The translations under genes and the position numbers were made by a program. A stretch of DNA of 64,000 bases from an uncultured Acidimicrobiia bacterium (GTDB lineage Bacteria; Actinomycetota; Acidimicrobiia; IMCC26256; PALSA-555): positions 1,020,695 through 1,084,694 of the forward strand of contig CAVRGH010000010.1 in NCBI GenBank assembly GCA_963720675.1. Reading direction: 5' to 3'. Positions 41,131 to 50,898 of the stretch are shown here, piece by piece. Within the stretch, counting starts at the first letter, position 1, and every line of letters starts with the position of its first letter. The notes beneath the pieces are model-generated. The model worked only from the letters and a program-made list of their open reading frames with translations. It was not told the origin of the DNA and did no database searches.

Positions 41131-41245
41131 CCTGCCACCTCGTTCCTGGGTTCCGGTTCCGATGCGTCGTCGAAGTCGAGGATCGCTCGGGCCCGACGAG
41201 CGACCGTGGTCCCGTCCTCTGCCGGAAGTGACACACTCAGCAAAC

Positions 41246-41260
41246 GAGAATTAGATTATC
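41246..41260. promoter_or_regulatory. AT-rich imperfect palindrome GAGAAT-TAG-ATTATC, candidate operator
   Basis: Sits in the 199-bp divergent region between 41130 (minus) and 41330 (plus). The half-sites match 5 of 6. Related sites occur at 44885, 44907 and 60824. Confidence 0.3.
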
Positions 41261-41329
41261 ACCACGAGCGGGCGGGGTGGCCAGGGCACTGCGATCCTCG
41301 ACGCAACGAGGCACGAGACGGGACACCCC

Positions 41330-41758
41330 ATGGGCGACGACACCCAGCGCATCGCCGACCTGGTCGAGCTCCACCAGCTGTGCGTGCGGTACATGGCGTT
41401 GACGAGCCAGTTCGTCGAGGACCGGTGGCACGAGGTGTTCACACCGGACGCCGAGTACCACGCGTTCGGCACCCCGTATTCGCTCGACCGCTTCCCCGCA
41501 CTGCTGGCCGCGGCCCCGCGTGGGCAGTTCATCGGGAACATGCCGGTGGTCGAGCTCGACGGCGACCGGGCGACCGGCATGCAGCACTTCGTGTTCATCG
41601 ATCAGCAGACGCACGCGATGCGCCTCGGCTGGTACCGCGACGAGTACGTGCGCACCAACGAGGGCTGGCGCATCCGCCGCCGCTCGACCACGTTCATGCG
41701 CAAGCACGGTGGCTTCGACTCCGGGGTGCAGCACGATCCACTCGCAGACCAAGCGTGA
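41330..41758 (+). CDS. NTF2-like / SnoaL-like superfamily protein
   Basis: A 142-aa intact ORF: IADLVELHQLCVRYMALTSQFVEDRWHEVFTPDAEY...VVELDGDRATGMQHFVFI...YRDEYVRTNEGWRIRRR. Confidence 0.6.
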   Translation: MGDDTQRIADLVELHQLCVRYMALTSQFVEDRWHEVFTPDAEYHAFGTPYSLDRFPALLAAAPRGQFIGNMPVVELDGDRATGMQHFVFIDQQTHAMRLGWYRDEYVRTNEGWRIRRRSTTFMRKHGGFDSGVQHDPLADQA

Positions 41759-41769
41759 GGGTGGCAACG

Positions 41770-42996
41770 ATGGCCGAGTTTCCCAAGATGATCAGCGTCG
41801 ATGACCACGTCGTGGAGCCGCCGCACGTGTGGCAGGACCGGTTGCCGGCGAAGATGCGCGAGCAGGGACCGCGCATCGAACGGGCGCGATGGGGTGACTT
41901 CGCACTCGAAGGTGGCGCGGCCTACAAGCAGGAGATGACCGAGGACGGCCAGTGGGGCGACTACTGGATCTACGAGGACCGCCTCATCTACGTGCACAAG
42001 CGGCACGTTTGCATCCCGCTGGACGCCACGCCCGATGGTGACCTCCAACGCTTCGACCGCACCAAGATGGCGATCGCCGCGATCACCTACGACGAGATGC
42101 GGCCCGGCTGCTACGAGCCGAAGGCGAGGATCGACGACCTCGCGCGCAACGATGTCGACGGTTCGCTCGCGTTCCCGACGTTCCCGCGGTTCTGCGGACA
42201 GACCTTCATGGAGGGCAACGACCGCGTACTCGGTCTCGAATGTGTGCGTGCCTACAACGACTGGATGATCGAGGACTGGTGCGCAGGCTCCGATGGCCAC
42301 CTCATCCCGCTGTGCCTCATCCCGATGTGGGACGTCGACCTCGCAGTGGCCGAGCTCACGCGGAACGCACAGCGCGGCGCGCGTGCCGTGTGCTTCAGCG
42401 AGATCCCACCGCACCTCGGCCTCCCGAGCATCCACACCGGCTACTGGGATCCGCTGTTCGCCGTGTGCCAGGACACGCGCACGACACTCTGCATGCACAT
42501 CGGATCGTCGTCGAAGATGCCGGCCGCGTCTCCTGACGCGCCACCGTCGACCGACATCATGCTCTCGTTCAACAACTCCATGGCCTCACTGGCCGACTTC
42601 CTGTTCTCCGGAGTGCTCGTGCGGTTCCCAGAGCTCAAGCTGGCCTACTCGGAGGGTCAGATCGGGTGGATCCCCTACGCACTCGAGCGCGCCGACAACA
42701 CGTGGGAGTACCACTCGAACTGGACCCGGGCGAAGGAGAAGATCCCCGAACCGCCATCCACCTACTACCGCGGTCGGATCTTCGGGTGCTTCACGAACGA
42801 CGTCCACGGGTTGGCGTCGATCGATGCGGTGGGTGAGGACAACATCTGCTTCGAGACCGACTACCCGCACACCGACACGACGTGGCCGTTCGCGCGCGAA
42901 GAAGCGGAGCGCATGACTGCGGTGCTCACCGACGAGCAGCGCTACAAGGTGCTACGTGGGAACGCGATCCGGATGCTCGACCTCGACCGGGTCTGA
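41770..42996 (+). CDS. amidohydrolase-2 family metal-dependent hydrolase/decarboxylase (ACMSD/LigW-like)
   Basis: From ATG 41770: MAEFPKMISVDDHVVEPPHVW...DGSLAFPTFPRF...CMHIGSS...CFETDYPHTDTTWP. The track ORF 40813 start is an over-extension. Confidence 0.7.
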   Translation: MAEFPKMISVDDHVVEPPHVWQDRLPAKMREQGPRIERARWGDFALEGGAAYKQEMTEDGQWGDYWIYEDRLIYVHKRHVCIPLDATPDGDLQRFDRTKMAIAAITYDEMRPGCYEPKARIDDLARNDVDGSLAFPTFPRFCGQTFMEGNDRVLGLECVRAYNDWMIEDWCAGSDGHLIPLCLIPMWDVDLAVAELTRNAQRGARAVCFSEIPPHLGLPSIHTGYWDPLFAVCQDTRTTLCMHIGSSSKMPAASPDAPPSTDIMLSFNNSMASLADFLFSGVLVRFPELKLAYSEGQIGWIPYALERADNTWEYHSNWTRAKEKIPEPPSTYYRGRIFGCFTNDVHGLASIDAVGEDNICFETDYPHTDTTWPFAREEAERMTAVLTDEQRYKVLRGNAIRMLDLDRV

Positions 42997-43029
42997 TTCC
43001 CGCTCGAACAGGCCAGTTCGAGCCGGCGG

Positions 43030-43770
43030 TCAGCCCTTCAGGCCGTGCAGCACGAACTCCCAGGTTTCCTCGGCGCCGACGCGCATCCGGGGATCCTTGA
43101 CGATGCGGTTCCCGAACCAGCTGTAGAGCACCGTCTGCTGGATCAAGGCCGCGGCGCGACGCGTGTCGGCCACCTCGATCGCACCGGCGGCGCGTGCGGC
43201 GTCGAGGACCTCGAGCAGCATCGCAACGATCGGAGCCATCGCGGCCGTGACCTGGTCCGGGTGCGTGACTGCGAGCTGGACCGAGAACTCCGAGATCGGA
43301 CGGCGGTTGTGCGCGCCCCGTTTCGGCGGCGACTCTCCGGGATCGCACCACTCGTGGAGGCGGATCGTGAACGCCCGGAGCCGTTCGAGCGGCTCGGACT
43401 CGTGCTCGATGATCGCGTGCAGGTCCTCGGTCGACTCGCGGACGGTCTCCTCGAACAGGGCGAGGAGCAGCTCGTCCTTGCCCCCGAAGTACTGGTAGAA
43501 GCCGCGCAGCGACTGCTGGGAGCGGTCGATGACCTCCTGGATCGTGAACTCGGTCGATCCCTTCTCGTCGATGAGCGAGAACGCCGCATCCAGGTAGCGC
43601 TGGACTCGCTGCTCGGCGCGGGAGCGGGCCGCGTTCAGGCTTCGCGACACTGCACGTTGACGCCACGCGGGCTCGTCGGTGGCGCCCTCGACGTCGTCGA
43701 CTGCTGCCATCTCGGCCTCCGTTCTCATGGTTCGACGGTACCAGTCTCCCCTGACGAGAACGGGGCTCAT
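43030..43770 (-). CDS. TetR/AcrR family transcriptional regulator
   Basis: Helix-turn-helix YLDAAFSLIDEKGSTEFTIQEVIDRSQQSLRGFYQYFGGKDELLLALFEE. The start is uncertain (ATG 43770, 43728 or 43710). Confidence 0.85.
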   Translation of the reverse strand: MSPVLVRGDWYRRTMRTEAEMAAVDDVEGATDEPAWRQRAVSRSLNAARSRAEQRVQRYLDAAFSLIDEKGSTEFTIQEVIDRSQQSLRGFYQYFGGKDELLLALFEETVRESTEDLHAIIEHESEPLERLRAFTIRLHEWCDPGESPPKRGAHNRRPISEFSVQLAVTHPDQVTAAMAPIVAMLLEVLDAARAAGAIEVADTRRAAALIQQTVLYSWFGNRIVKDPRMRVGAEETWEFVLHGLKG

Positions 43771-44061
43771 CCTCAGCGGCTACGCGGTTCTCGTTCCTGC
43801 GCTCAGCCGTCGAGCGCGAAGTGCGTCGGGACCCCGACCGAACCCTTCCTTGTGCTCCACCGCCCGGGCCTGATCGTCGAGCGGCGGCCCGCTGCCGAAG
43901 CCGGTGTACACGACACGCCGCTCACGATCGACGGGCGGTCGGCTCATGTGCAACGTGCAGGAGCACGTCGACGCGACCAGCGAGCCGAGTTCTCTGGTCG
44001 ACTGTCGTCATGACGACCTCTCGTGGCATGGGATCTCACGGCTGCGTTCATCGCTCCCGCG

Positions 44062-44853
44062 CTACCCCGTGCTCCGCTTCTGCTGCAACGCTTCCGCCGC
44101 GTCCCAGTGCGCGTCCGCGGTCCAGAGCCGAGCGAACACCTCGGTCGCGTCAGCCTCGAGCTCCGGACGGACAGACGGGAACGCGGCGGCGATCACCGCC
44201 TTCACCGCGCGCATCGCGCCCGGTGCGGACGCGGCCAGGCGCCCCGCGAGCGCGCGCCACTCCTCGTCGAAGGTGGCACGCGGGACGACGACGTCCACGA
44301 GGCCGCAGGCCTGCGCGGACTCGGCGTCGAACAGGTCGCCGGTCGCGATCGCGAGCAGCGCGCGGCTCCGTCCGATCGTCTGGGCGAGGCGTTCGGCGCC
44401 GCCCCACGCCGGCATGATGCCGAGGGTCACCTGGTTGAACCCGATCTTGATGTCGTCAGCTGCGATGCGCAGGTCGGCTGCGATGGCGACCTCCGCACCC
44501 CCGCCGAGGGCGTGCCCGTTGAGCGCAGCGATCACCGGCACGGGGAAGGCCGCGACGCGGTCCAGGACCCGGCGCATCCGGCTTGCCATCGCCACGGCTT
44601 CGCCGTGCGTGCGGATCGCGGAGAGCTCCTTGAGGTCGCCGCCCGACACGAATGCCCGATCGCCGCCGCCTCGCAGCACGAGCACTGCGGCATCCGACTC
44701 GACCACCTGGTCGAGCGCCGCACCCAGCTCCTCGACGGTCGCCGCACCGATCGCGTTGCGCACGTCGGGCCGATCGATGGTGACGACGGCGACCCCGCCC
44801 TCGACCTCGACCCGCACCCCTCCGGGGCTCGGCTTCCGATCCGACTCGGGCAT
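44062..44853 (-). CDS. enoyl-CoA hydratase/isomerase (crotonase) family protein
   Basis: VAVVTIDRPDVRNAI...VLRGGGDRAFVSGGDLKEL...VPVIAALNGHALGGGAEVAIAADLRIAADD. Intact, 263 aa. Confidence 0.85.
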   Translation of the reverse strand: MPESDRKPSPGGVRVEVEGGVAVVTIDRPDVRNAIGAATVEELGAALDQVVESDAAVLVLRGGGDRAFVSGGDLKELSAIRTHGEAVAMASRMRRVLDRVAAFPVPVIAALNGHALGGGAEVAIAADLRIAADDIKIGFNQVTLGIMPAWGGAERLAQTIGRSRALLAIATGDLFDAESAQACGLVDVVVPRATFDEEWRALAGRLAASAPGAMRAVKAVIAAAFPSVRPELEADATEVFARLWTADAHWDAAEALQQKRSTG

Positions 44854-44884
44854 TCCTCACCCCTTCGCGCCGCGTGCGCACGGC

Positions 44885-44921
44885 GAGAATATCGCTCTCA
44901 AGACTTGAATATCAGATTTTC
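44885..44921. promoter_or_regulatory. cluster of AT-rich palindromes: GAGAAT-ATC-GCTCTC (44885-44899), TCAAGACTTGA (44898-44908), GAATAT-CAG-ATTTTC (44907-44921)
   Basis: Sits in the 82-bp divergent region between the crotonase gene (start 44853, minus) and the mutase gene (start 44936, plus). Read directly from the sequence. Confidence 0.35.
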
Positions 44922-44935
44922 GCTACGCTGGCCCG

Positions 44936-46522
44936 ATGGACGACGCGGTGCGCAGCGAGGCGGGCATCCCGCTGGCCGTCAGCTACGGGCCCGACGACCT
45001 GCCCCCGACCGAGTCGATCCCCCCACCAGGTGCGTTCCCCTTCACGCGTGGGAACTTCCCCGACGGGTACCGCGGCCGCTCCTGGACCATCCGCCAGTAC
45101 TCGGGTTTCGGATCACCCGAGGAGTCGAACGAGCGGTACCGCTACCTCCTCGCGCAGGGGGGCACGGGCCTCTCGGTCGCACTCGACCTCCCCACCCAGT
45201 GCGGGTACGACTCCGACCACCCCGACGTCGCCGAGGAGGTCGGGCGGGTCGGTGTCGCGCTCGACACGCTGGCGGACGCCGAGATCCTGTTCGCCGACAT
45301 CCCGCTCGACCAGATCAGCACGAGCTTCACGATCAACGGCACCGCAGCGATCCTGCTCGCGTTCTACGTGGCCGTCGGCGAGAACCAGGGCGTCGAGCGG
45401 TCGAAGCTGCGCGGCACGATCCAGAACGACATCCTCAAGGAGTACGTCAGTCGCGGCACGTGGATCTGGCCGCCCCGGCCGTCGCTCCGCCTCATCGCCG
45501 ACACGATCGAGTTCTGCGCGGAAGAGGTGCCGCGGTTCAATGCCATCTCGGTGGCCGGTGCCCACTTCCGTGACGCGGGTGCGAACGCCGCACAGGAGAT
45601 GGCATTCACGCTCATGGACGGCATCACCTACTGCGACGAGGTCCTCGCTCGCGGCCGCATGACGATCGACGAGTTCGCGCCGCAGGTGTCCTTCTTCTTC
45701 TACACGCACGGCGACTTCTTCGAGGAGATCGCCAAGTACCGCGCGGGACGGCGCCGATGGGCCCACATCGTCCGCGAGCGGTACGGCGCGAAGGAGGACC
45801 GCTCGTGCATGTTCCGCGTCGGCTGCGTCGCCGGTGGCGCCTCCCTGTACGCGCCACAGGCGCAGAACAACGTGGTGCGCGTCGCCTACGAAGCCCTGGC
45901 CTCCGTGCTCGGCGGGGTGCAGTCGATGTTCACCGCGGCCTGGGACGAGCCGTTCGCGCTCCCGAGCGAGGAGTCCGCCACGCTCGCGCTGCGGACCCAG
46001 CAGGTGCTCGCCTACGAGACGGGCGTCACCCGCGTGGCCGATCCCCTCGGCGGCTCGTATTACGTCGAGGCGCTCACCGACGAGATGGAAGCACGCGTCG
46101 TCCAGATCATGGACGACCTCGAGCAGCGTGGCGGGATGGTCAAGGCCGTCGAGGAGGGCTACCTGCAGCGCCTGATCTCGGAGGAGGCGTTCCGGGTCCA
46201 CCAGGCGATCGCTTCCGGGGACCGGGCCATCGTCGGCGTGAACCGGTTCGAGAGTGACGAGGATGCACCCGAGGTCGAGGGCTACGAGATGGACGAGCAG
46301 GCGCGTACCCGCCAGCTCGAGCGGCTCGCCGAGGTGAAGCGCTCGCGGTCGGGCGCCGACGTGCGCTCGACCCTGGACGCGCTACACGCCGCCGCGGGTC
46401 GTGACGACGACAACCTGATGCCGCGACTCGTCGACTGCGCGAAGGCGTACTGCACCGTGGGGGAGATGGTCGACGTGCTGAAGGACGAGTGGGGCGAGTT
46501 CCAGCAGCCGGCGGTCTTCTGA
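44936..46522 (+). CDS. B12-dependent acyl-CoA mutase, catalytic (TIM-barrel) subunit, methylmalonyl-CoA-mutase family
   Basis: [60 protein letters not shown]...[21 protein letters not shown]...[14 protein letters not shown]. Intact, 528 aa. Confidence 0.85.
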   Translation: MDDAVRSEAGIPLAVSYGPDDLPPTESIPPPGAFPFTRGNFPDGYRGRSWTIRQYSGFGSPEESNERYRYLLAQGGTGLSVALDLPTQCGYDSDHPDVAEEVGRVGVALDTLADAEILFADIPLDQISTSFTINGTAAILLAFYVAVGENQGVERSKLRGTIQNDILKEYVSRGTWIWPPRPSLRLIADTIEFCAEEVPRFNAISVAGAHFRDAGANAAQEMAFTLMDGITYCDEVLARGRMTIDEFAPQVSFFFYTHGDFFEEIAKYRAGRRRWAHIVRERYGAKEDRSCMFRVGCVAGGASLYAPQAQNNVVRVAYEALASVLGGVQSMFTAAWDEPFALPSEESATLALRTQQVLAYETGVTRVADPLGGSYYVEALTDEMEARVVQIMDDLEQRGGMVKAVEEGYLQRLISEEAFRVHQAIASGDRAIVGVNRFESDEDAPEVEGYEMDEQARTRQLERLAEVKRSRSGADVRSTLDALHAAAGRDDDNLMPRLVDCAKAYCTVGEMVDVLKDEWGEFQQPAVF

Positions 46523-46923
46523 TGCCGACGCGGGTGCTCGTCGCGAAGCCCGGTCTCGACGGACACGACCGGGGTGCGAAGCTCGTGGCCCGAACGCTGC
46601 GCGATGCCGGCTTCGAGGTCGTCTACACCGGGATCCGCCAACGCCCCGAGGTGATCGCCTCCATCGCGCTCCAGGAGGACGTGCAGATCGTCGGGCTCAG
46701 CATCCTCAGCGGTGCCCACGTCGCGCTGACGCAGAAGACCGCGGACGCGCTTCGCGCAGTGGGCGCCGACGACGTCCTGCTCGTCGTCGGTGGCACGATC
46801 CCCCAACGCGACGTCGCGCGCCTGGAGGCCGCAGGCGCCGCCGCGGTCTACCCGACGGGCACCCCGCTCGAAGCGCTGGTCGACAGCATGCGAACGCTGT
46901 CGAGCCCGGCGCCGACCTCGTAG
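46522..46923 (+). CDS. cobalamin-binding small subunit of the acyl-CoA mutase
   Basis: From ATG 46522 (overlaps the upstream TGA): [37 protein letters not shown]...IVGLSILSGAH...VVGGTIP (DxHxxG...SxL...GG). Confidence 0.85.
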   Translation: MPTRVLVAKPGLDGHDRGAKLVARTLRDAGFEVVYTGIRQRPEVIASIALQEDVQIVGLSILSGAHVALTQKTADALRAVGADDVLLVVGGTIPQRDVARLEAAGAAAVYPTGTPLEALVDSMRTLSSPAPTS

Positions 46924-46939
46924 CGCGAAGGAGCGACCC

Positions 46940-48202
46940 ATGGCCCGTCCCCGGACCCCGCAGCCGCCGGTCCACATCCGCAGCGCACGCATGCTCGACG
47001 TCGACACCGGCGAGGTGCTCGAGCCGGGTGAGCTGCTCATCGAGGGCGAACGCATCGTCGAGGTGTCGCCCCGCTCGGTGCCGTCGGACGCCAGCGTGCT
47101 CGACCTCGGTGATCTCACCCTCCTTCCCGGGCTCATGGACATGGAGGTCAACCTGCTGCTGGGTGGCCCCGACCACCGCAGTCCCCTGATCGCCGTGCAG
47201 GACGACCCCGCGGTGCGCACGCTCCGCGCCGTCGCCAACGCCAGGCGCACACTCCGTGCCGGCTTCACGACGGTCCGGAACCTCGGTCTCTTCATCCAGA
47301 CCGGGGGGCTGCTCCTCGACGTCGCACTGAAGAAGGCGATCGACCTCGGATGGATCGACGGGCCGCGCATCGTCCCCGCCGGCCACGCCATCACCCCCAC
47401 GGGCGGTCACCTCGATCCCACGATGTTCCAGGCGTTCGCGCCGCACGTCCTGCCCTTGACCGTCGAGGAGGGCATCGCCAACGGCATCAGCGAGGTCCGC
47501 AAGGCGGTCCGGTACCAGATCAAGCACGGCGCGCAGCTGATCAAGGTGTGCGCGTCCGGCGGGGTGATGTCGCACACCGGCCCGGCCGGTGCGCAGCAGT
47601 ACTCCGACGAGGAGCTGCGGGCCATCGTCGACGAAGCGCACCGCGCCGGGCTCAAGGTGGCCGCGCACGCCCACGGCGACGACGGCATCCGGGCGGCCAT
47701 CGAGGCCGGCATCGACTGCATCGAGCACGGGTCGTTGATGACCGACGACACGCTCGGACTCATGATCGAGCGGGGGACGTTCCTCGTCCCGACGACGTAC
47801 CTCGCCGACGGGATGGACGTGTCGCACGCCGCGCCCGAGCTCCAGGCCAAGGCGGCGGAGGTGTTCCCGCGCGCGAAGGAGACCGTCCGCAAGGCGATCG
47901 ACCGAGGCGCACGGATCGCATGTGGCACCGACGCGCCGGCGATCCCCCACGGGAAGAACGCCAAGGAGCTGCTCGCGCTCGTCGACCGCGGCATGACGCC
48001 CCTCGGTGCCATCCGCGCCGCGACGACGGTCGCCGCCGAGCTCATCGACGTCGACGACCGCGGCCGGCTGGCTCCCGGATTGTTCGCCGACGTCATCGGG
48101 GTCCCCGGCGACCCGACGGCGGACATCGGGGTCACCGAGGACGTGCGGTTCGTGATGAAGGGCGGTCAGGTCTACCGCCAGGACCAGGCACCCGCGGGCT
48201 AG
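46940..48202 (+). CDS. amidohydrolase family metallo-hydrolase (imidazolonepropionase/prolidase-like)
   Basis: GAAGGAG lies 7 nt before ATG 46940. Motifs: LLPGLMDMEVN (an HxH-position variant), VAAHAHGDDGI, IEHGSLM, ACGTDA. Confidence 0.75.
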   Translation: MARPRTPQPPVHIRSARMLDVDTGEVLEPGELLIEGERIVEVSPRSVPSDASVLDLGDLTLLPGLMDMEVNLLLGGPDHRSPLIAVQDDPAVRTLRAVANARRTLRAGFTTVRNLGLFIQTGGLLLDVALKKAIDLGWIDGPRIVPAGHAITPTGGHLDPTMFQAFAPHVLPLTVEEGIANGISEVRKAVRYQIKHGAQLIKVCASGGVMSHTGPAGAQQYSDEELRAIVDEAHRAGLKVAAHAHGDDGIRAAIEAGIDCIEHGSLMTDDTLGLMIERGTFLVPTTYLADGMDVSHAAPELQAKAAEVFPRAKETVRKAIDRGARIACGTDAPAIPHGKNAKELLALVDRGMTPLGAIRAATTVAAELIDVDDRGRLAPGLFADVIGVPGDPTADIGVTEDVRFVMKGGQVYRQDQAPAG

Positions 48203-49797
48203 GACCCGACGCCCCGCAGCTGCTCGCGGAGGCGGAACTTCTGCACCTTGCCGGACGCGGTCCGGGGGAAGTCAGTCGTCTGGTGCAGGGACTCGGGCCA
48301 CTTCTGACGAGCCAGACCCGCGGCCTCGAGATGCCCGCGCACCTGCTCGATCGTCGGCGCGGGCGCGCCCTCGTGCAGTCGGAGCACCGCCGCGGCGCGC
48401 TCCCCGAGCCGGTCGTCGGGCACCCCGACGACGCTGGCCTCGGCCACGGCATCCAGACCGAGGAGCAGCGCTTCGACCTCCTGAGCGCTGATGTTCTCGC
48501 CGCCACGGATGATGACGTCGGAGACGCGATCGGTGATCGTCAGGTACCCGTCGTCGAGCACACCGACATCGCCGGTCCGGTACCAACCGTCCGCGTCGAA
48601 CGCCGCGGCGGTGAGCTCCGGGGCGGTGTAGCCGACACAGCAGTCCGGGCCTCGGGTGAGGATCTCGCCGTCCGCCTCGAGTCGGAGCTCGACCCCGGGG
48701 AGCGCGCGTCCGTCGGTCGTCAGCCGCTTCGCCTCCGGGTCGTCGAGCAAGCAGCCCGTGACCGAGGGATGCTCAGTGCTCCCGTACGAGCGGAACACCT
48801 TGATGCCGAGCTTCGTCATCCGCTCGGTGACCGCCACCGGGACGGTGGAGCCACCGATCCCGGCGAACGGCATCAACGCGAGGTGTTCGTCAGTGAAGTC
48901 GGGATGGTCGAGGAGGCTCGTCACGAAGTAGGTCGCACCACCGGTGACGCCGAGACCTTCGTCGCGCATCATGCGGAGCACCGTGGTCGGGTCCCAGACG
49001 TCGATCAGGTTGACGGGCCGGTCGCGGAGCAGTGGCACCAGGAACGCGTTCACCATCCCGATGAAGTGACCGACGGGCGATCCCGTGATCTGCTGCGGAC
49101 CGCCCTTCGGGAACAGGTAGTCGAGCTGCCGCGTCTCGCACGTGATCGTGCGATGCGAGTGGATCACGCCTTTCGGATCCTGCGTCGTCCCGGAGGTGAA
49201 CGCGACGATCGCAGGCGCGTCCGGATCGACCGAAGCGTGCGCCGCGACCGGATCGGCATCGAGGGCCCCGGCGAACGGCGAGGCAGCATCCGGAAGTGCG
49301 CTCGCAGCCGTCTCCCCCGCGACGAGCCACACGGGCGCGGACGCTCGGGGCAGGAGGCCGTCGTAGACCGAGAGGTGGTCGGTGTGCCCGAACCGATCGG
49401 CGGTGACGATCGCCTTCGGCTCCGTGGCGCGCAGGATGTAGCCGACCTCCTTCGCACCGTAGAAGTGGACGATCGGGACGACCACCGCTCCGAGGTACGC
49501 GGCCGCCCAGAACGTGATGCCGGCTTCGACCCAGTTCGGGAGCTGCATCACGACGACATCGCCCTCCCCGACACCCTGCGCCCGAAGCGACGTGGCGAGC
49601 GAGCGCGCCGCGAGGTCGACGTCGGCATAGGTGCCGGCCCAGGGACGCACCTCCGACCACACGCGGAACGACGCCGAACCCATCGCGTCGAGACCCGTCT
49701 CCACCATCGAGCCGAGTGTGGTGTCGTCCCACCAGCCCCGGGCGCGGTAGTGCTCGGCCAGATCGCTCGGAACAGAGCGGAGCGGCCAGTGGGCCAC
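48199..49797 (-). CDS. AMP-dependent acyl-CoA synthetase/ligase
   Basis: IVAFTSGTTQDPKGVIHSH, FRSYGSTE, WYRTGDVGVLDDGYLTITDR, ASGKVQKFRL. Intact, 532 aa. Confidence 0.85.
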   Translation of the reverse strand: MAHWPLRSVPSDLAEHYRARGWWDDTTLGSMVETGLDAMGSASFRVWSEVRPWAGTYADVDLAARSLATSLRAQGVGEGDVVVMQLPNWVEAGITFWAAAYLGAVVVPIVHFYGAKEVGYILRATEPKAIVTADRFGHTDHLSVYDGLLPRASAPVWLVAGETAASALPDAASPFAGALDADPVAAHASVDPDAPAIVAFTSGTTQDPKGVIHSHRTITCETRQLDYLFPKGGPQQITGSPVGHFIGMVNAFLVPLLRDRPVNLIDVWDPTTVLRMMRDEGLGVTGGATYFVTSLLDHPDFTDEHLALMPFAGIGGSTVPVAVTERMTKLGIKVFRSYGSTEHPSVTGCLLDDPEAKRLTTDGRALPGVELRLEADGEILTRGPDCCVGYTAPELTAAAFDADGWYRTGDVGVLDDGYLTITDRVSDVIIRGGENISAQEVEALLLGLDAVAEASVVGVPDDRLGERAAAVLRLHEGAPAPTIEQVRGHLEAAGLARQKWPESLHQTTDFPRTASGKVQKFRLREQLRGVGS

Positions 49798-49798
49798 G

Positions 49799-50752
49799 TC
49801 AGAGATGCTTTGCGAGCGCGGCGACGAAGTCGCGGGTTCGCCGGTACGACGCCACGAGCTCGTCGCGGTCTTCGCCGATCGGGACGACGCGCACCGAGAT
49901 GTCGGTGACGCCGGCGTCGGCGAACGACCGGAGCCGTCGCTCGATCGTCATCTCGCTGCCCGCGGCGAGGATGTCTCCAACGTTCCGCGCGTCGCCGTGG
50001 TCCAGCAGTCGTTGGTAGTTCGGCGACATCTCCGCTTCGGCCAGGATGCGGTTCGCACGCGCGGCCGCGACCTCGACCTCGTCGTCGCCGCAGAGGCACA
50101 CCGGGATGCCCGCGACGACACGCGGTGCCGGGCGCCCTGCCGCGGTCGCCGCTGCGGTGATGCTCGGGGCGATGTGCGACCCGATCGCACGCTCGTCGGC
50201 CATCCAGAGGATGGTCCCGTCGGTCCGCGCGCCAGCGAGCTGCAGCATGACCGGACCCAACGCGGCGAGCAGGACCGGCGTGGGGGCGACGTCCGTGATG
50301 TCGAGCGGGTTGTGGACGCGGAACATCTCGTTCTCGACGTCCACCATCCCCGGTCCCCCGAGCGCCTGGTCGAGCACGTCGAGGTAGGCACCCATGGTGG
50401 GCGCCGCGTGCTCGTAGGGCAGGCCAAGCATGTCCTCGATGATCCAGTGGTGCGACACCCCGAGGCCGAGCGCGAGGCGGCCCGCGCACACCGCTTGGAC
50501 CGACAACGCCTGCTGCGCGAGCGCGATCGGATGGCGGGGCTGGACGGGCACCACGGCAGTGCCGATCTCGATGCGCGTCGTCGCGGCGCCCGCTACTGCG
50601 ACCGCGGTCAGGGCGTCGAAGTCGTCGGGGATCTGGGGGATCCAGATCGACGCGAGCCCGGCCTCCTCGGCCCAGCGCGCGTCGGCGCCGAGACGATCGA
50701 CCTTCGCCGCGTAGCGACCCCGCTCGGGACCCACCATCATGCCGACGCGCAT
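49799..50752 (-). CDS. LLM-class (luciferase-like) F420/flavin-dependent oxidoreductase
   Basis: From ATG 50752 (GGGGGGAG Shine-Dalgarno): MRVGMMVGPERG...AGLASIWIPQIPDDFDALT...RLALGLGVSHHWIIE. Confidence 0.75.
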   Translation of the reverse strand: MRVGMMVGPERGRYAAKVDRLGADARWAEEAGLASIWIPQIPDDFDALTAVAVAGAATTRIEIGTAVVPVQPRHPIALAQQALSVQAVCAGRLALGLGVSHHWIIEDMLGLPYEHAAPTMGAYLDVLDQALGGPGMVDVENEMFRVHNPLDITDVAPTPVLLAALGPVMLQLAGARTDGTILWMADERAIGSHIAPSITAAATAAGRPAPRVVAGIPVCLCGDDEVEVAAARANRILAEAEMSPNYQRLLDHGDARNVGDILAAGSEMTIERRLRSFADAGVTDISVRVVPIGEDRDELVASYRRTRDFVAALAKHL

Positions 50753-50898
50753 CGCTCCCCCCTTGCATCGCTCGAGATCCCACACGCGGGGCGGGCGGAA
50801 ACGCCCTTCTCGCGAACCGAAAGGTATGTTATCTTCCCTCGCGAGGGACCCGCGGCGCCCAGACCGCCCGGCGAAGGGTCCCCACGAAAGGACGAGCG

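Noticed and set aside
50822-50836. AGGTAT-GTT-ATCTTC / AAGGTA-TGT-TATCTT in the LLM/Rieske divergent promoter, and GAGTAT at 55166-55171, considered as further copies of the island operator motif.
   Set aside because: Each matches the GAGAAT/ATTCTC half-sites at only 4 of 6 positions, or has a single half-site. That is indistinguishable from generic AT-rich promoter sequence by eye.
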